Positions 27,817-38,322 of a stretch of DNA of 64,000 nt are shown here, piece after piece. How positions within the stretch are numbered: the first letter of the stretch is position 1; the number at the start of each line of letters is the position of its first letter. Made by a program: the position numbers and the translations under genes. The notes beneath the pieces are model-generated. The model was not told where the DNA came from. It saw nothing but the letters and a program-made list of their open reading frames with translations, and did not search any database. Source of the stretch: Thermoplasmata archaeon (GTDB lineage Archaea > Thermoplasmatota > Thermoplasmata > Thermoplasmatales > Thermoplasmataceae). The stretch covers positions 12,606-76,605 of the forward strand of contig JAJZXU010000022.1 in the NCBI GenBank assembly GCA_021806235.1, in the 5' to 3' direction.

Positions 27817-30774
27817 TTATATAATTTTTTTTACATAATTTTCCAGTTCTGTATATTTATTTTTAAAATCGTCGTCATTTTTTATCTTTGATAGGTTACT
27901 GGATATTTCTACTATTTTATTATGAATTTCATTATTTTTGTCATATGGCTGTATATTCATTTCAAAGGGTTTTTTGTGAATATGCCTTTCCGATAAAATT
28001 CCTGAATTTTTTAATTTTTCTAATAAATATTTTGAATTTAAGACACCACATACATAATATGCCTCACTTTTATTTTCAAAATATGCATAATATGCAGTAT
28101 GATCAACAATTATATTTTTTTCCTCCAGTACGGCACATCTAATTGAAGTGCCGCTTTGATTGTATACAACCAAATGTTTATAAGTATGCTGTGATAATAA
28201 TTTATTACCATAATTTAGCCACTCCATTACACTGTAGGAATTTGCTTTTTTCTTATTATTTTTATTAAATTTTGCACCCCTGTTTTTTTCCCAGTCTATT
28301 TCAATTTCATTTAATTTATTAACATAAACATTCAATAAACTTTTTTTAATGTTATCTACATCATCTTTAAGTATATCTTTTCTAATAGAATATGTATAGG
28401 GTGTTGTATCTTTATAAGTATCAATAACCACTTTATTGTTTGTTAATGGCAAAATAGCCTTTTCATTTAAATTCACTTTAAAGTTTTTAATGGATTCTCC
28501 CATTATAACATTATAAATTAAATCTTTTAATACATAAAAATGATCCCATGAAAACTGATAATTTCCCTTTTTATGCCTCTTATCAGCAGTTTCTGGATTA
28601 TATTTATCATCTGTACTTATTATATATGCATATTTTTCTTCGTTTTCAATTTTTATGAAATAATAGGGCCTTGGGAATATTGTAGCTCCACGTCTAAAAA
28701 TGTCCTTATAATATGAAATACCTGAAAAATTAAATTTTTTATTTGAAATTGAAGACTCATTTTTGCTTATATTTATATAATAATCCATATCTAACAATTC
28801 ATATTTTAAATCCGGGCTAAAAACATCTGGTTTTTTATTATCGCTTTTTATTAAAGCACCTTTTATTATTTTAGTGGTTTTATCATATGTAAATATTAAA
28901 ATGCATGACGGTTTTCTGAATGGATTTATAGAATTGTTAATATCTACCACTTCTTCTATATTTGGAGAATTTTCCCATAGTTTTCTTCTTAAGCCATTAT
29001 ACTGCGCCGCATTAATTACAGACCGTGTCAGGACAAAACCTATTTTGCCTAAAGTACTTTTTTTACTCTTCTTTAAATATTCTAATGACCTTGCAATAAA
29101 AAAGCCTGCATAATCCATATTTGCTTTATTCTGTGAACCATGGCCCATTTTATAATCATTATATATTGCATCTATATCCTTCTGCCTTTCAAAGGATATT
29201 TCCTTATATGTTAGCCAGGGTGGATTGCCTAAAACAACGTCTATTTTATTTCTGAAATAATATGGCGTATATATATTCTTTAAGATATAGAACCATACGC
29301 CATCCTTGCCGCTTTTAACTAAATCTACTAATTTTTTAATTAAATCTTCATTGCCTTTAAATCTTGAGGGAAAATCTATATTTTCATTATTTAAATTAGA
29401 TTCAACAAGTTCTCTCATATCATTTATATATTTACTTATATTGGCTATAGGATAATCTGTTTTGCCTACAAACGAATAATCAAATTCTGCTTTTATATCC
29501 TTAATTGGTGAAAAATCTACTGTTACAGATTTGACATCGGAGTATAAAGAGCTTTTACGATAATATGTCATTAGTGAATCAGCTAAAAATACAGGTATGA
29601 CAAATGAAAAGTTCAGCCATTTTCCCCTTAAGGATAAAATATAATTAGCCTTTGAGAATATTACTGCTATGGGATTTATATCAAATCCTATAACCTGATC
29701 AATTATATTATTAGATCCAAGATCCATTTTTCTTTCTATTGCTAATTTTAAAAATGTTCCTGAACCACACGTCGGATCTAAAACTACATTATCTTTTGTT
29801 ACTAATTTATTTACAAGTATTTTTGCCAGCCATTCCGGTGTGTAAAATTCTCCCAAATTATGCCGTTCGTTTGGTGATATAACACTTTCATATAGAACTC
29901 TGAAAATATCATCCTTTACATCTGTAAAATCGTATAAATCTATTTCTTTTTCTATATAATCAAAAAACTTATTACCTTTGTTAAATATATCAAAAAAATT
30001 GTCTGGTTCAATAAAATTTAATATTCCTCTGGCCATAAATGCTGAACCATCAAGAATTGCTTCATTATTTTCTATTTTCAGTGACTTTCCAACTATAAAT
30101 AATGAATAATAATAAATTATTACATGCCTCAGGAAAAAATCCTCTGTTATTTCATTTTCATTGCCAAGAACCTTTGCAACATAGTTTTTCCACTCATCAT
30201 ATTTTATTGAATATTCTCTATTTCCAATTTTTATTACTTTATTATTTATTAATTTTAATAACTCATTTTCCAATTCCAGCAACCTTGGAACAATGATTTC
30301 AGTTTTAGGCACTAATTTTACATTTTCCGGGTTAAATAATAAATATATTCTTGTGTATAAATTACCAAGAGTATATTCGTCGCTATTTTTAATTTCTTCA
30401 TTTAAAATTAATTTGTATTCCATATTTCTGATGCCATTATATACCTCAAACGTGTTTCCATCCGTTATAATTAATTTAGTAATGTTATATCCATCTATTT
30501 CTCTTTCCTCTTTATACCTTTTTAACTCCTCCTTTGCATCATCTACCATTTTTTTATTTAATTCATTTTTTGTCTCTATCAATATTCCTGCATAAAAAAT
30601 ATCATTTCTTTTTTCCTCAAATCCTATAAATTCTGGCTTTATTTGCAATATACCCTCCATCAATTTGCTTTTCATATATGCTCTTTTATTGTATTCTCCT
30701 ACTTTGCTTGGCAGTGTATTTAAATACTCTTTAATATTTTTTTCAAAGTTTTCCGGAAAAATATAGTTGACCAT
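27817..30774 (-). CDS. Type IIG-like fused restriction endonuclease / N6-adenine methyltransferase
   Basis: N-terminal D-x-ETK (RNDIFYAGILIETK), GEFYTP, VLDPTCGSGTFL, GFDINP, GNPPW, C-terminal TRD-like region (YYVCGVLNS). Confidence 0.88.
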   Translation of the reverse strand: MVNYIFPENFEKNIKEYLNTLPSKVGEYNKRAYMKSKLMEGILQIKPEFIGFEEKRNDIFYAGILIETKNELNKKMVDDAKEELKRYKEEREIDGYNITKLIITDGNTFEVYNGIRNMEYKLILNEEIKNSDEYTLGNLYTRIYLLFNPENVKLVPKTEIIVPRLLELENELLKLINNKVIKIGNREYSIKYDEWKNYVAKVLGNENEITEDFFLRHVIIYYYSLFIVGKSLKIENNEAILDGSAFMARGILNFIEPDNFFDIFNKGNKFFDYIEKEIDLYDFTDVKDDIFRVLYESVISPNERHNLGEFYTPEWLAKILVNKLVTKDNVVLDPTCGSGTFLKLAIERKMDLGSNNIIDQVIGFDINPIAVIFSKANYILSLRGKWLNFSFVIPVFLADSLMTYYRKSSLYSDVKSVTVDFSPIKDIKAEFDYSFVGKTDYPIANISKYINDMRELVESNLNNENIDFPSRFKGNEDLIKKLVDLVKSGKDGVWFYILKNIYTPYYFRNKIDVVLGNPPWLTYKEISFERQKDIDAIYNDYKMGHGSQNKANMDYAGFFIARSLEYLKKSKKSTLGKIGFVLTRSVINAAQYNGLRRKLWENSPNIEEVVDINNSINPFRKPSCILIFTYDKTTKIIKGALIKSDNKKPDVFSPDLKYELLDMDYYINISKNESSISNKKFNFSGISYYKDIFRRGATIFPRPYYFIKIENEEKYAYIISTDDKYNPETADKRHKKGNYQFSWDHFYVLKDLIYNVIMGESIKNFKVNLNEKAILPLTNNKVVIDTYKDTTPYTYSIRKDILKDDVDNIKKSLLNVYVNKLNEIEIDWEKNRGAKFNKNNKKKANSYSVMEWLNYGNKLLSQHTYKHLVVYNQSGTSIRCAVLEEKNIIVDHTAYYAYFENKSEAYYVCGVLNSKYLLEKLKNSGILSERHIHKKPFEMNIQPYDKNNEIHNKIVEISSNLSKIKNDDDFKNKYTELENYVKKII

Positions 30775-31028
30775 TTAAAAAGATAATGCCCAATTACTTT
30801 TAAATTTTTGGATACCTACACATATATTATTAGCCGCTATTTCTATTATTTTTATATTATTAAACTTACAATTACAATTTGACAATTTGGATTATATTAA
30901 AACAATATTAAAACCTCTATATCTCCTTCAAGAGATTAATATTATAAGGAGTTATACCGGGTATTGCAAATAATAAATATTCTAATATGAAACATCCATT
31001 ATTTATAATAAATATAAATATACCATTA

Positions 31029-32021
31029 ATGAACTGTAAAAATACTGCTTTAATAGCAATAACAGATAATGGAATAAACATATCGGAAAGATTGAGGGAC
31101 TCAATAAAATATGATTTGTATTTAAGCAGAAGATTTTACAGTAAATACAGTGCAAGGTATTTCGATAAACTTAGTGATATAATTGAAACGATTTTTAATA
31201 AATACGACTGCATAATATTTATTCTATCCCTGGGTGCTGTAATAAGGTTGATTTCACCATATTTAAAGAGTAAATATACAGATCCTAAAATAATAGCTAT
31301 AGATGATGCGGGCAAATTTACAGTAAGTGTTGTCTCGGGCCATGAAGGTGCAAATGAATTATGTGAATATGTATCATCATTATTAAATAATATTCCAGTA
31401 ATAACCACAGCATCAGATGTTGACAACAAAATTTCTCCAGAGTATATTGCACATAAATACAGTTTAAAAATAATAAATAAAAATATTTTAACAAAAATTT
31501 CATCCGATATAATAAATAATTATAACATCTGCATAAAAAACGAAACAGGCATTAATATGGAATATAATAACAGTGAAAACTGTGATGGTTATATAATTGT
31601 TACATATAAAAAAAATGATGAAAATAAATATCTAATAATGGTTCCTAAAATACTGGTTATAGGTATTGGTTTTTCAACAGATGCAAATTTTAATGATATG
31701 AAAAACGCAATTGTGGAATTATTCAATAAAAACAATTTTTATACAGATTCAATAAAAACAATAACAACAATTGATATTAAAAAAGATAATGAATATATAA
31801 AAAAACTGTCGGAATATTTCAATGCCGGTTTAATATTTTATAATAGGGATGAACTGAATACTAATTCACTGTATAAATCCAGTACAGTGTATAAATATAC
31901 GGGTGCATATTCAGTTTCAAATGCTTCTGGAAGGATAGGGTCGAATAATGGCAGGGAATTAATAAGAAAGGAAATATTTAAGAATATTACAGTATCGGTG
32001 TTTGAATATGAATATAAATAG
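31029..32021 (+). CDS. cbiG: Cobalt-precorrin-5A hydrolase CbiG
   Basis: SLGAVIRLI, SKYTDP, SGHEGAN, VITTASD, IGIG. Confidence 0.88.
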   Translation: MNCKNTALIAITDNGINISERLRDSIKYDLYLSRRFYSKYSARYFDKLSDIIETIFNKYDCIIFILSLGAVIRLISPYLKSKYTDPKIIAIDDAGKFTVSVVSGHEGANELCEYVSSLLNNIPVITTASDVDNKISPEYIAHKYSLKIINKNILTKISSDIINNYNICIKNETGINMEYNNSENCDGYIIVTYKKNDENKYLIMVPKILVIGIGFSTDANFNDMKNAIVELFNKNNFYTDSIKTITTIDIKKDNEYIKKLSEYFNAGLIFYNRDELNTNSLYKSSTVYKYTGAYSVSNASGRIGSNNGRELIRKEIFKNITVSVFEYEYK

Positions 32022-33369
32022 TGTTATGATTGCTGCACCTTCCAGTAATTCTGGCAAAACTACGGTGACCGTGGGAATTATGCTTGCATTAAAAAATCTG
32101 GGTTACAGTGTCCAGCCATTCAAGGTGGGGCCTGATTACATAGACCCGGGGTTTCACACATATGTAACCGGCAATAAATCAAGGAATCTTGATACGGTAA
32201 TGGGAAATAAAAACATTGTAAGAGAAATATTTGTGAAAAATTCTACTGGAAAAGACATCTCAATAGTTGAGGGCGTTATGGGACTATTTGATGGAAGATC
32301 TGCAAACAGTATAAGGGGAAGTTCATTTGAAATTTCACTGCTGCTGAATATACCGGTAATACTGGTAATAGATATATCTGCAATGGCAAGAAGTGTTACA
32401 GCCATAATACATGGTTTTAAAAATATAGATAGAAGGATAAATTTGAAGGGCGTAATATTAAACAGGGCAGGTTCTGATTACCACTGCCGGCTCGTTAAGG
32501 AAGCGGTGGAGAAAATAAATCACGTAAAGGTTCTGGGCTGTATAAAAAATGATGACAAATTAAAAATAAATTCAAGGCATCTGGGACTGATACCGTTTGT
32601 TGAGGATAAACTGAATGATGATTATTTTTCAGAATTAAACACGGTAATAAATAATAGCATAAATTTAAATGAAATAATAAAAATATCAAAAACAGGCAGT
32701 ACTGCCGGAACCAATAAACCTGTAATATACAGCGGTATCAGAAATAAAAAGGTGAGGATAGGAATAGCGTATAACAGGGCATTTAATTTCTATTATGAGG
32801 AAAATATAGAAATACTGAAAAAATATGGAGCCGAAATAATATATTTTGACCCAATTATGGATGCAGAATTGCCTGACGTTGACGGAATTTACATAGGTGG
32901 TGGCTTTCCTGAAATATATGCTGGTGAATTATCCGGGAATAAGGGTATGTTAAATGATATTAAAAATAAAATAGAAAATTATATGCCGGTATTTGCAGAA
33001 TGTGGTGGTTATATATATCTGTGCAGTAATATAAATTATGGTGAGAAATTATACCCAATGGTAAATGTAATACCTGCAAATGTATATATGGATAAACTAA
33101 CAATAGGCTATAGAGATATTCGATCAAATTATGACAATTATTTATTAAAAAAGGATCAGAAAATCAGGGGACACGAATTTCATTACACGGGAATAGAATA
33201 TTTCGAGGAAAATAATAAACCATATAAATTCAATGATAAAACCGATGGCTTCTATTATAAGAATACAATTGCAGGCTATATACACATGTATTTTCCATCA
33301 AACCAGAAAGTACCAGAAAATTTTGTAAAGAAATGCTATGAATACAAAAATGGAGCTAAAAATTTTTAG
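32008..33369 (+). CDS. cbiA: Cobyrinate a,c-diamide synthase
   Basis: SNSGKTT, FKVGPDYIDP, EGVMGLFDG, AECGG, GHEFHY. Confidence 0.95.
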   Translation: MNINSVMIAAPSSNSGKTTVTVGIMLALKNLGYSVQPFKVGPDYIDPGFHTYVTGNKSRNLDTVMGNKNIVREIFVKNSTGKDISIVEGVMGLFDGRSANSIRGSSFEISLLLNIPVILVIDISAMARSVTAIIHGFKNIDRRINLKGVILNRAGSDYHCRLVKEAVEKINHVKVLGCIKNDDKLKINSRHLGLIPFVEDKLNDDYFSELNTVINNSINLNEIIKISKTGSTAGTNKPVIYSGIRNKKVRIGIAYNRAFNFYYEENIEILKKYGAEIIYFDPIMDAELPDVDGIYIGGGFPEIYAGELSGNKGMLNDIKNKIENYMPVFAECGGYIYLCSNINYGEKLYPMVNVIPANVYMDKLTIGYRDIRSNYDNYLLKKDQKIRGHEFHYTGIEYFEENNKPYKFNDKTDGFYYKNTIAGYIHMYFPSNQKVPENFVKKCYEYKNGAKNF

Positions 33370-33400
33370 AGAAATATTATTTAGGAGCCACTAATATACA

Positions 33401-34504
33401 ATGATGGAAAATAATTTTGTAATGCCAGATGAGAATTCATTGATAAATTTATCAAGTGATATGTTCAACCATTTTAATTTAAAAGTGACATCAGAAACCA
33501 TGAATTTAAATTATAAAAATAAGAAATTATGTTTTATACTGCTGGATGGGCTTGGGTGGAATACCTACAGAAAAACAGGCATTAAGTTCGATAATGAAAT
33601 AAAGGGTACATCCCTATTCCCATCAACAACATCAAATGTGTTATCATCAATATTTTTAAATAAGTATCCAGGAGAACATGGCATAAATGGATATTTAGTA
33701 TATGTTAAGGAGCTGGGTGCAGTGATAAATATTTTGGGGTACACTTCCTCGGCTTCATATATAAGGGATTCCATGGAAAAGGCATATCCTATAAATAAAA
33801 TATTCAATTTTGATTCAAAAATTAATCAGTTGAATAATACAGGAATAAAAACGATAAATATAATTCCATCCTTTATAAGCAATACATCATTTTCAAATCT
33901 ATTATACGGAAATAATTATACAGATACATTTTCTAACGTATTCCATAGTTTTTATATGTTAGACAATGATTTAAAAAAGAATTATGATTTTGTAACATAT
34001 TATCTACCACATATAGACCAGATAGCACATAAACTGGGGCCGTATAATGAGTATACAGTGGAAACTGCAAGATATATATTAACAGAATTATATGAAATAA
34101 TAAAAAAGCATGATGATTATGATTTTATTATAACAGCAGATCATGGCCATGTGGAGGTAAATAACGTAATAAATTTAAGTAAGGATAAGAAATTAGACGA
34201 TTTAACGTTAATTCCACCATACGGTGATGTCAGGTCGATATTCTTTAACTATAGTGATGAATTATATGACTATTTAAATAATAATTATAGTAATTTACTG
34301 CTGTTAAAAAATAATGATAGTTTATATAAGAAACTATTCGGAAAATTAGATGATAATATACTGAAAAAATTACCGGAATTAATAGGGGTATCAAAAAATA
34401 ATGACCTGTACCATTATCCATTAAACCAGAGAAAATATGAAATGAAAGGTGCACATAGCGGACTGTTAAAGGACGAAATGGAAATACCGATACTGAAATT
34501 TTAA
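33401..34504 (+). CDS. Alkaline phosphatase superfamily (nucleotide pyrophosphatase-like) protein
   Basis: LLDGLG, FPSTT, DQIAH, TADHGH, GAHSG. Confidence 0.88.
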   Translation: MMENNFVMPDENSLINLSSDMFNHFNLKVTSETMNLNYKNKKLCFILLDGLGWNTYRKTGIKFDNEIKGTSLFPSTTSNVLSSIFLNKYPGEHGINGYLVYVKELGAVINILGYTSSASYIRDSMEKAYPINKIFNFDSKINQLNNTGIKTINIIPSFISNTSFSNLLYGNNYTDTFSNVFHSFYMLDNDLKKNYDFVTYYLPHIDQIAHKLGPYNEYTVETARYILTELYEIIKKHDDYDFIITADHGHVEVNNVINLSKDKKLDDLTLIPPYGDVRSIFFNYSDELYDYLNNNYSNLLLLKNNDSLYKKLFGKLDDNILKKLPELIGVSKNNDLYHYPLNQRKYEMKGAHSGLLKDEMEIPILKF

Positions 34505-35127
34505 TTTTTTAATTCCTTATTTTTACCTATTATGAACCTGCAAACATCATAACCATTGACCTGCCTGTGTGTTGATGTAACATTCATATCCAGAACTGAT
34601 GAAAATAATCTTGTTTCCATAGAACATGCCTTTCCGAATTTATTTGCCAGTTTAAATATGGGGCAGTTATATTCCAAAAGTTCGTATTTCCCGTCACCTA
34701 TGTTATTTATTTCCGGATAATAGCCTTCATTTTCCCTTAATTTGAAAAGCTCCTTTACCCTCCTTTCATTTTCAAGGCCGGCCATATCTTTACTGTATTT
34801 ATTTTTAATTTCGGAGTACCTTGTCTTTAAAAATTCTTCAACAATTTTGCTATTCTCTGTCAGATATAAATATTCCAGTAAATCATCCAGCATTTTGCCG
34901 TAGCTATTTGAAATTTTATCCTTTGACAGATCAGTTAAGCCGAATTTATACACAGGCCTTCCCACATTCTTTTTAATTATGTTTCTTTTTATTATTTTTT
35001 CCTTTTCAAGTTTATTTATATGGTTTAAAACTGCCATTTTTGATATGGAGAGCTTCTTCGATAATTCATCCAGTGTCATGGACTCCTTTTTTAATAACAG
35101 CATTATTTCAATTTCCGCAGGATACAT
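34501..35127 (-). CDS. wHTH transcription regulator (SufR-like, C-terminal Cys motifs)
   Basis: ISKMAVLNHINKLE, VGRP, YNCP...ACSME...VC. Confidence 0.8.
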   Translation of the reverse strand: MYPAEIEIMLLLKKESMTLDELSKKLSISKMAVLNHINKLEKEKIIKRNIIKKNVGRPVYKFGLTDLSKDKISNSYGKMLDDLLEYLYLTENSKIVEEFLKTRYSEIKNKYSKDMAGLENERRVKELFKLRENEGYYPEINNIGDGKYELLEYNCPIFKLANKFGKACSMETRLFSSVLDMNVTSTHRQVNGYDVCRFIIGKNKELKN

Positions 35128-35218
35128 AATTATTATAACGCTTTATTATTAATATATTTATCGTTTATACTTTATAAACTTTATAAATTATTATATTTAT
35201 ATAATTCGGGTTTATAAC

Positions 35219-35416
35219 ATGGATATGGGGAAAAAATATGGAAATATAAATGATTATATAAAAAATGAACTGAATGGTGATAGTGGAAAACTGATACACG
35301 ATATCAGGGAGGCAGAAAAATTATATAAAAGGGAAAAAACCCATAATAAAAAATGCTATGTGTGCAGAGTTCTGGAAATTTTAAAAAACATTAATAACAA
35401 ATTTCGTAATTTATAG
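35219..35416 (+). CDS. Small hypothetical protein with CxxC
   Basis: 65-aa ORF directly upstream of thiE; CYVC. Confidence 0.5.
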   Translation: MDMGKKYGNINDYIKNELNGDSGKLIHDIREAEKLYKREKTHNKKCYVCRVLEILKNINNKFRNL

Positions 35417-35418
35417 TT

Positions 35419-36039
35419 ATGAAATTAAAAGGACTGTATCTGGTAACGCCGGATTATTACGGTGATAAAATATTTACCATGACTGAAGAGGCCTTAAAAA
35501 ATGGTGTTAATATACTGCAGTACAGGGATAAAACAAATAATTATGATGTAAAGATATATGCGGGTAAAAAATTTAAAAAACTGGCGGATGATTACAGTGT
35601 TCCACTGATAATTGATGATGACCCTGTTTTAATGGATATTATAGATGCGGAAGGAATCCATGTGGGCAGGGGCGATGTGCCATTTGATTACCTGAGGGAA
35701 AAATACGGTAATAAAATCATAGGGGTATCAACATATGGTGATGTAAACAAAGCCATAGAATGCCAAAATTTGGGTGCCACCTATGTTGCGTTCGGGTCAT
35801 TTTTCAATACTGGTACGAAAAAGGATGCAACAATATGTGATATAAATATTTTGGATAACATCAATGATTTAAAAATACCAGTATTTGTAATAGGTGGAAT
35901 AAATTTAAACAATGTAGACACATTATTGAAATATAATATATCAGGAATAGCAGTTGTATCATCCATATATTCCTCAAAAAATGTGGGTGAAACGGTTAAA
36001 TCATATATTGAAAAGTTAAGGGAATACAAAAAAATATAA
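35419..36039 (+). CDS. thiE: Thiamine-phosphate synthase
   Basis: LYLVT, QYRDK, GIHVGRGD, IGVST, TGTK, IGGI. Confidence 0.92.
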   Translation: MKLKGLYLVTPDYYGDKIFTMTEEALKNGVNILQYRDKTNNYDVKIYAGKKFKKLADDYSVPLIIDDDPVLMDIIDAEGIHVGRGDVPFDYLREKYGNKIIGVSTYGDVNKAIECQNLGATYVAFGSFFNTGTKKDATICDINILDNINDLKIPVFVIGGINLNNVDTLLKYNISGIAVVSSIYSSKNVGETVKSYIEKLREYKKI

Positions 36040-36061
36040 TAATGATAATATATATACATTC

Positions 36062-36832
36062 ATGAAAATTGAACAGGCTTTAATTACACAGTTAATGGTT
36101 TTATTAAATATCAAAAATGGAAAAAACAGACCATCTGAAATTTCTAAGGAACTGGGAATAACACTGCAGGGTGTTATCTATCATATGAAAATTTTAAAGG
36201 AAAAAAAATTAATAGACAGTAATAATAAAATAACAAAGGAGGGTTTTGATTTTCTGTATAATGGTCTGAACTATATAGAAAATTTTGTCCATACAAGCCT
36301 GATAAATATAGATTCGTCACTGATATGGGAGGTTATATCAGATGATGATGTAAAAATAAATGATAAATTATATTTATATATGAATGGGGGTTATTTACAT
36401 GCAACGCTAGAAAGTAAAGGAGAAGCATACGGAAGATCCGTAAAAAATGCGAGCAGAAACGAATGCACTGGAATAACAGATGTTAGGGGGATAATAAATG
36501 TAAAACCTTCAAAAATCATCCTATTAACAGTTGATAATATTGAAAAGATAGAGAATTTAAATAAATTCAAAATAAAATTAAGGGAAAAAATTAAGGGCAT
36601 ATACTATAACTTTCTTGGAATTGCAGGAGAATTATCGAAAAATATATTTGATGATTTAAACATAAAAATTGATTTTGAATATTCAGCGATAAGCTGTGCC
36701 TTTGAGGCCTCAAAGAGAGGTTTTATAACCCTGATAGTGATGTCCGATAGATTATTCCATTTTTCATTAAACGAAATAAAGGAAATACAGATAAAAAATC
36801 CAGAGATTGAGATTGATTTTATACACATATGA
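36062..36832 (+). CDS. MarR-like wHTH transcription regulator
   Basis: EISKELGITLQGVIYHMKIL...ITKEG. Confidence 0.75.
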   Translation: MKIEQALITQLMVLLNIKNGKNRPSEISKELGITLQGVIYHMKILKEKKLIDSNNKITKEGFDFLYNGLNYIENFVHTSLINIDSSLIWEVISDDDVKINDKLYLYMNGGYLHATLESKGEAYGRSVKNASRNECTGITDVRGIINVKPSKIILLTVDNIEKIENLNKFKIKLREKIKGIYYNFLGIAGELSKNIFDDLNIKIDFEYSAISCAFEASKRGFITLIVMSDRLFHFSLNEIKEIQIKNPEIEIDFIHI

Positions 36833-37001
36833 TTTAATAATATAAAATATATAATATATTAATCTCAATATTCGCAAATGGGATAAGGGCTAGATATTTT
36901 TATAGAGTGATATTTATAAAAATAAATTTTGCAATTTTTATAAATATTTAAATATAACGTTATTATAATGGTGAATAGAGGTGTAAAAATTATGGAGGAC
37001 G

Positions 37002-37394
37002 ATGAAAGTGGCAGTAGGGGTACACATAATAGCGGATCTGTATGGGGTAGATGCGGGGTTAATATCTAGCGCCGATACTATTTCTCCAATTGTGGAGAGT
37101 GCAATTAAAGAGGGCAATCTAACTGAGATATCTTCACAGTATTATCAGTTCAGGCCCATGGGCGCGAGTGGTATAGCACTTTTAGCAGAATCACATTTGT
37201 CTTTTCACACATGGCCTGAACATGGGCTTGTTACGCTTGATATATATACATGTGGAGACAGGAGTAATGCAGATAGAGCATTTAATTATCTTCTGAATGT
37301 TTTACAACCAACATCAATAGACTATAGAAAAGTTGAAAGAGGATCAAAGGTGGAGGAAGACGTGAAAATTGATAATCCACAGTTGATGCTGTGA
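37002..37394 (+). CDS. speD: S-adenosylmethionine decarboxylase proenzyme
   Basis: LAESHLSFHTWPE, LDIYTCG; SD GGAGG. Confidence 0.93.
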   Translation: MKVAVGVHIIADLYGVDAGLISSADTISPIVESAIKEGNLTEISSQYYQFRPMGASGIALLAESHLSFHTWPEHGLVTLDIYTCGDRSNADRAFNYLLNVLQPTSIDYRKVERGSKVEEDVKIDNPQLML

Positions 37395-37398
37395 TAAT

Positions 37399-38322
37399 TT
37401 GTTGAAAAAATATTTTTTATATTTTGCATTTTTTTTATTGCTTATACTTGATTTACTGATATTTTTTTTTAATATTACAGAGAAATATAATGTTTTAATT
37501 ATACCTGGAATTGCTGTGTCGGTTATATCTATATTTATAGCAGGCGATATTTTTTTAGATGTTTCATATAAATTTGGAAACAGTATATCCATATCATCAA
37601 AATCTGTGGGATTGTTTATTGTTGGCGTTGCTGCAATAATAGATGAATTATCCATGTCAGTTATGGCCGCATTAGAAAATCTGGGTTCAATAAGTTTTGG
37701 GGCAATACAGGGTTCAAATGTAATAACATTAATTGCGTTTTTTATTATAATACCGTTATTCTACAGGAGGGGGATTAAAAATTTTAGAATTGATTCATAT
37801 TTAATATTAATTACATCCGTTATAATATATATACTATCATTATTTATTGTTAGAATTCCGTTTTACATTGGCTTTATCACATTATTTATCTTTATATTTT
37901 ACATATTATTAATTAATAAGCAGGAAAGCAATGGAAAAATTATAGAAAAATCGGATAATGACTATTCATATTACTATGGCATATTTTCAATAGCTGTAAT
38001 AATAATAGCATCATATAATATGGTTAATGCAGCATATGTAATTGCATACGTATTCGGGATAAATTCGTTTTTATCATCGTTCTTTTTACTGGGGTTCTTC
38101 GGGTCCCTGCCTGAAATAGTAATGATGTTTATAGCTGCAAAAAGAAATAGAAAAGATGTTTCAGTAGGACTTATCACAGGCAGTACATTATACAAGGAAA
38201 CAATAGTTTTTTCCCTGGCATCGTTTGCAGGAACACTAACGTTTTACAATAGTTTTTTCTCAATAATAACTATGGTAATATTTTCATGTATATTATTAAT
38301 TTATACTGTTTTATTTAAATAG
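37399..38322 (+). CDS. Na+/Ca2+ antiporter family (CaCA) protein
   Basis: Two repeats with IQGSN, GSLPE and ITGST; hydrophobic. Confidence 0.7.
   Translation: MLKKYFLYFAFFLLLILDLLIFFFNITEKYNVLIIPGIAVSVISIFIAGDIFLDVSYKFGNSISISSKSVGLFIVGVAAIIDELSMSVMAALENLGSISFGAIQGSNVITLIAFFIIIPLFYRRGIKNFRIDSYLILITSVIIYILSLFIVRIPFYIGFITLFIFIFYILLINKQESNGKIIEKSDNDYSYYYGIFSIAVIIIASYNMVNAAYVIAYVFGINSFLSSFFLLGFFGSLPEIVMMFIAAKRNRKDVSVGLITGSTLYKETIVFSLASFAGTLTFYNSFFSIITMVIFSCILLIYTVLFK

Noticed and set aside
30775..31028. Cobalamin riboswitch upstream of cbiG-cbiA
   Set aside because: No B12-box consensus visible; region is simply AT-rich.
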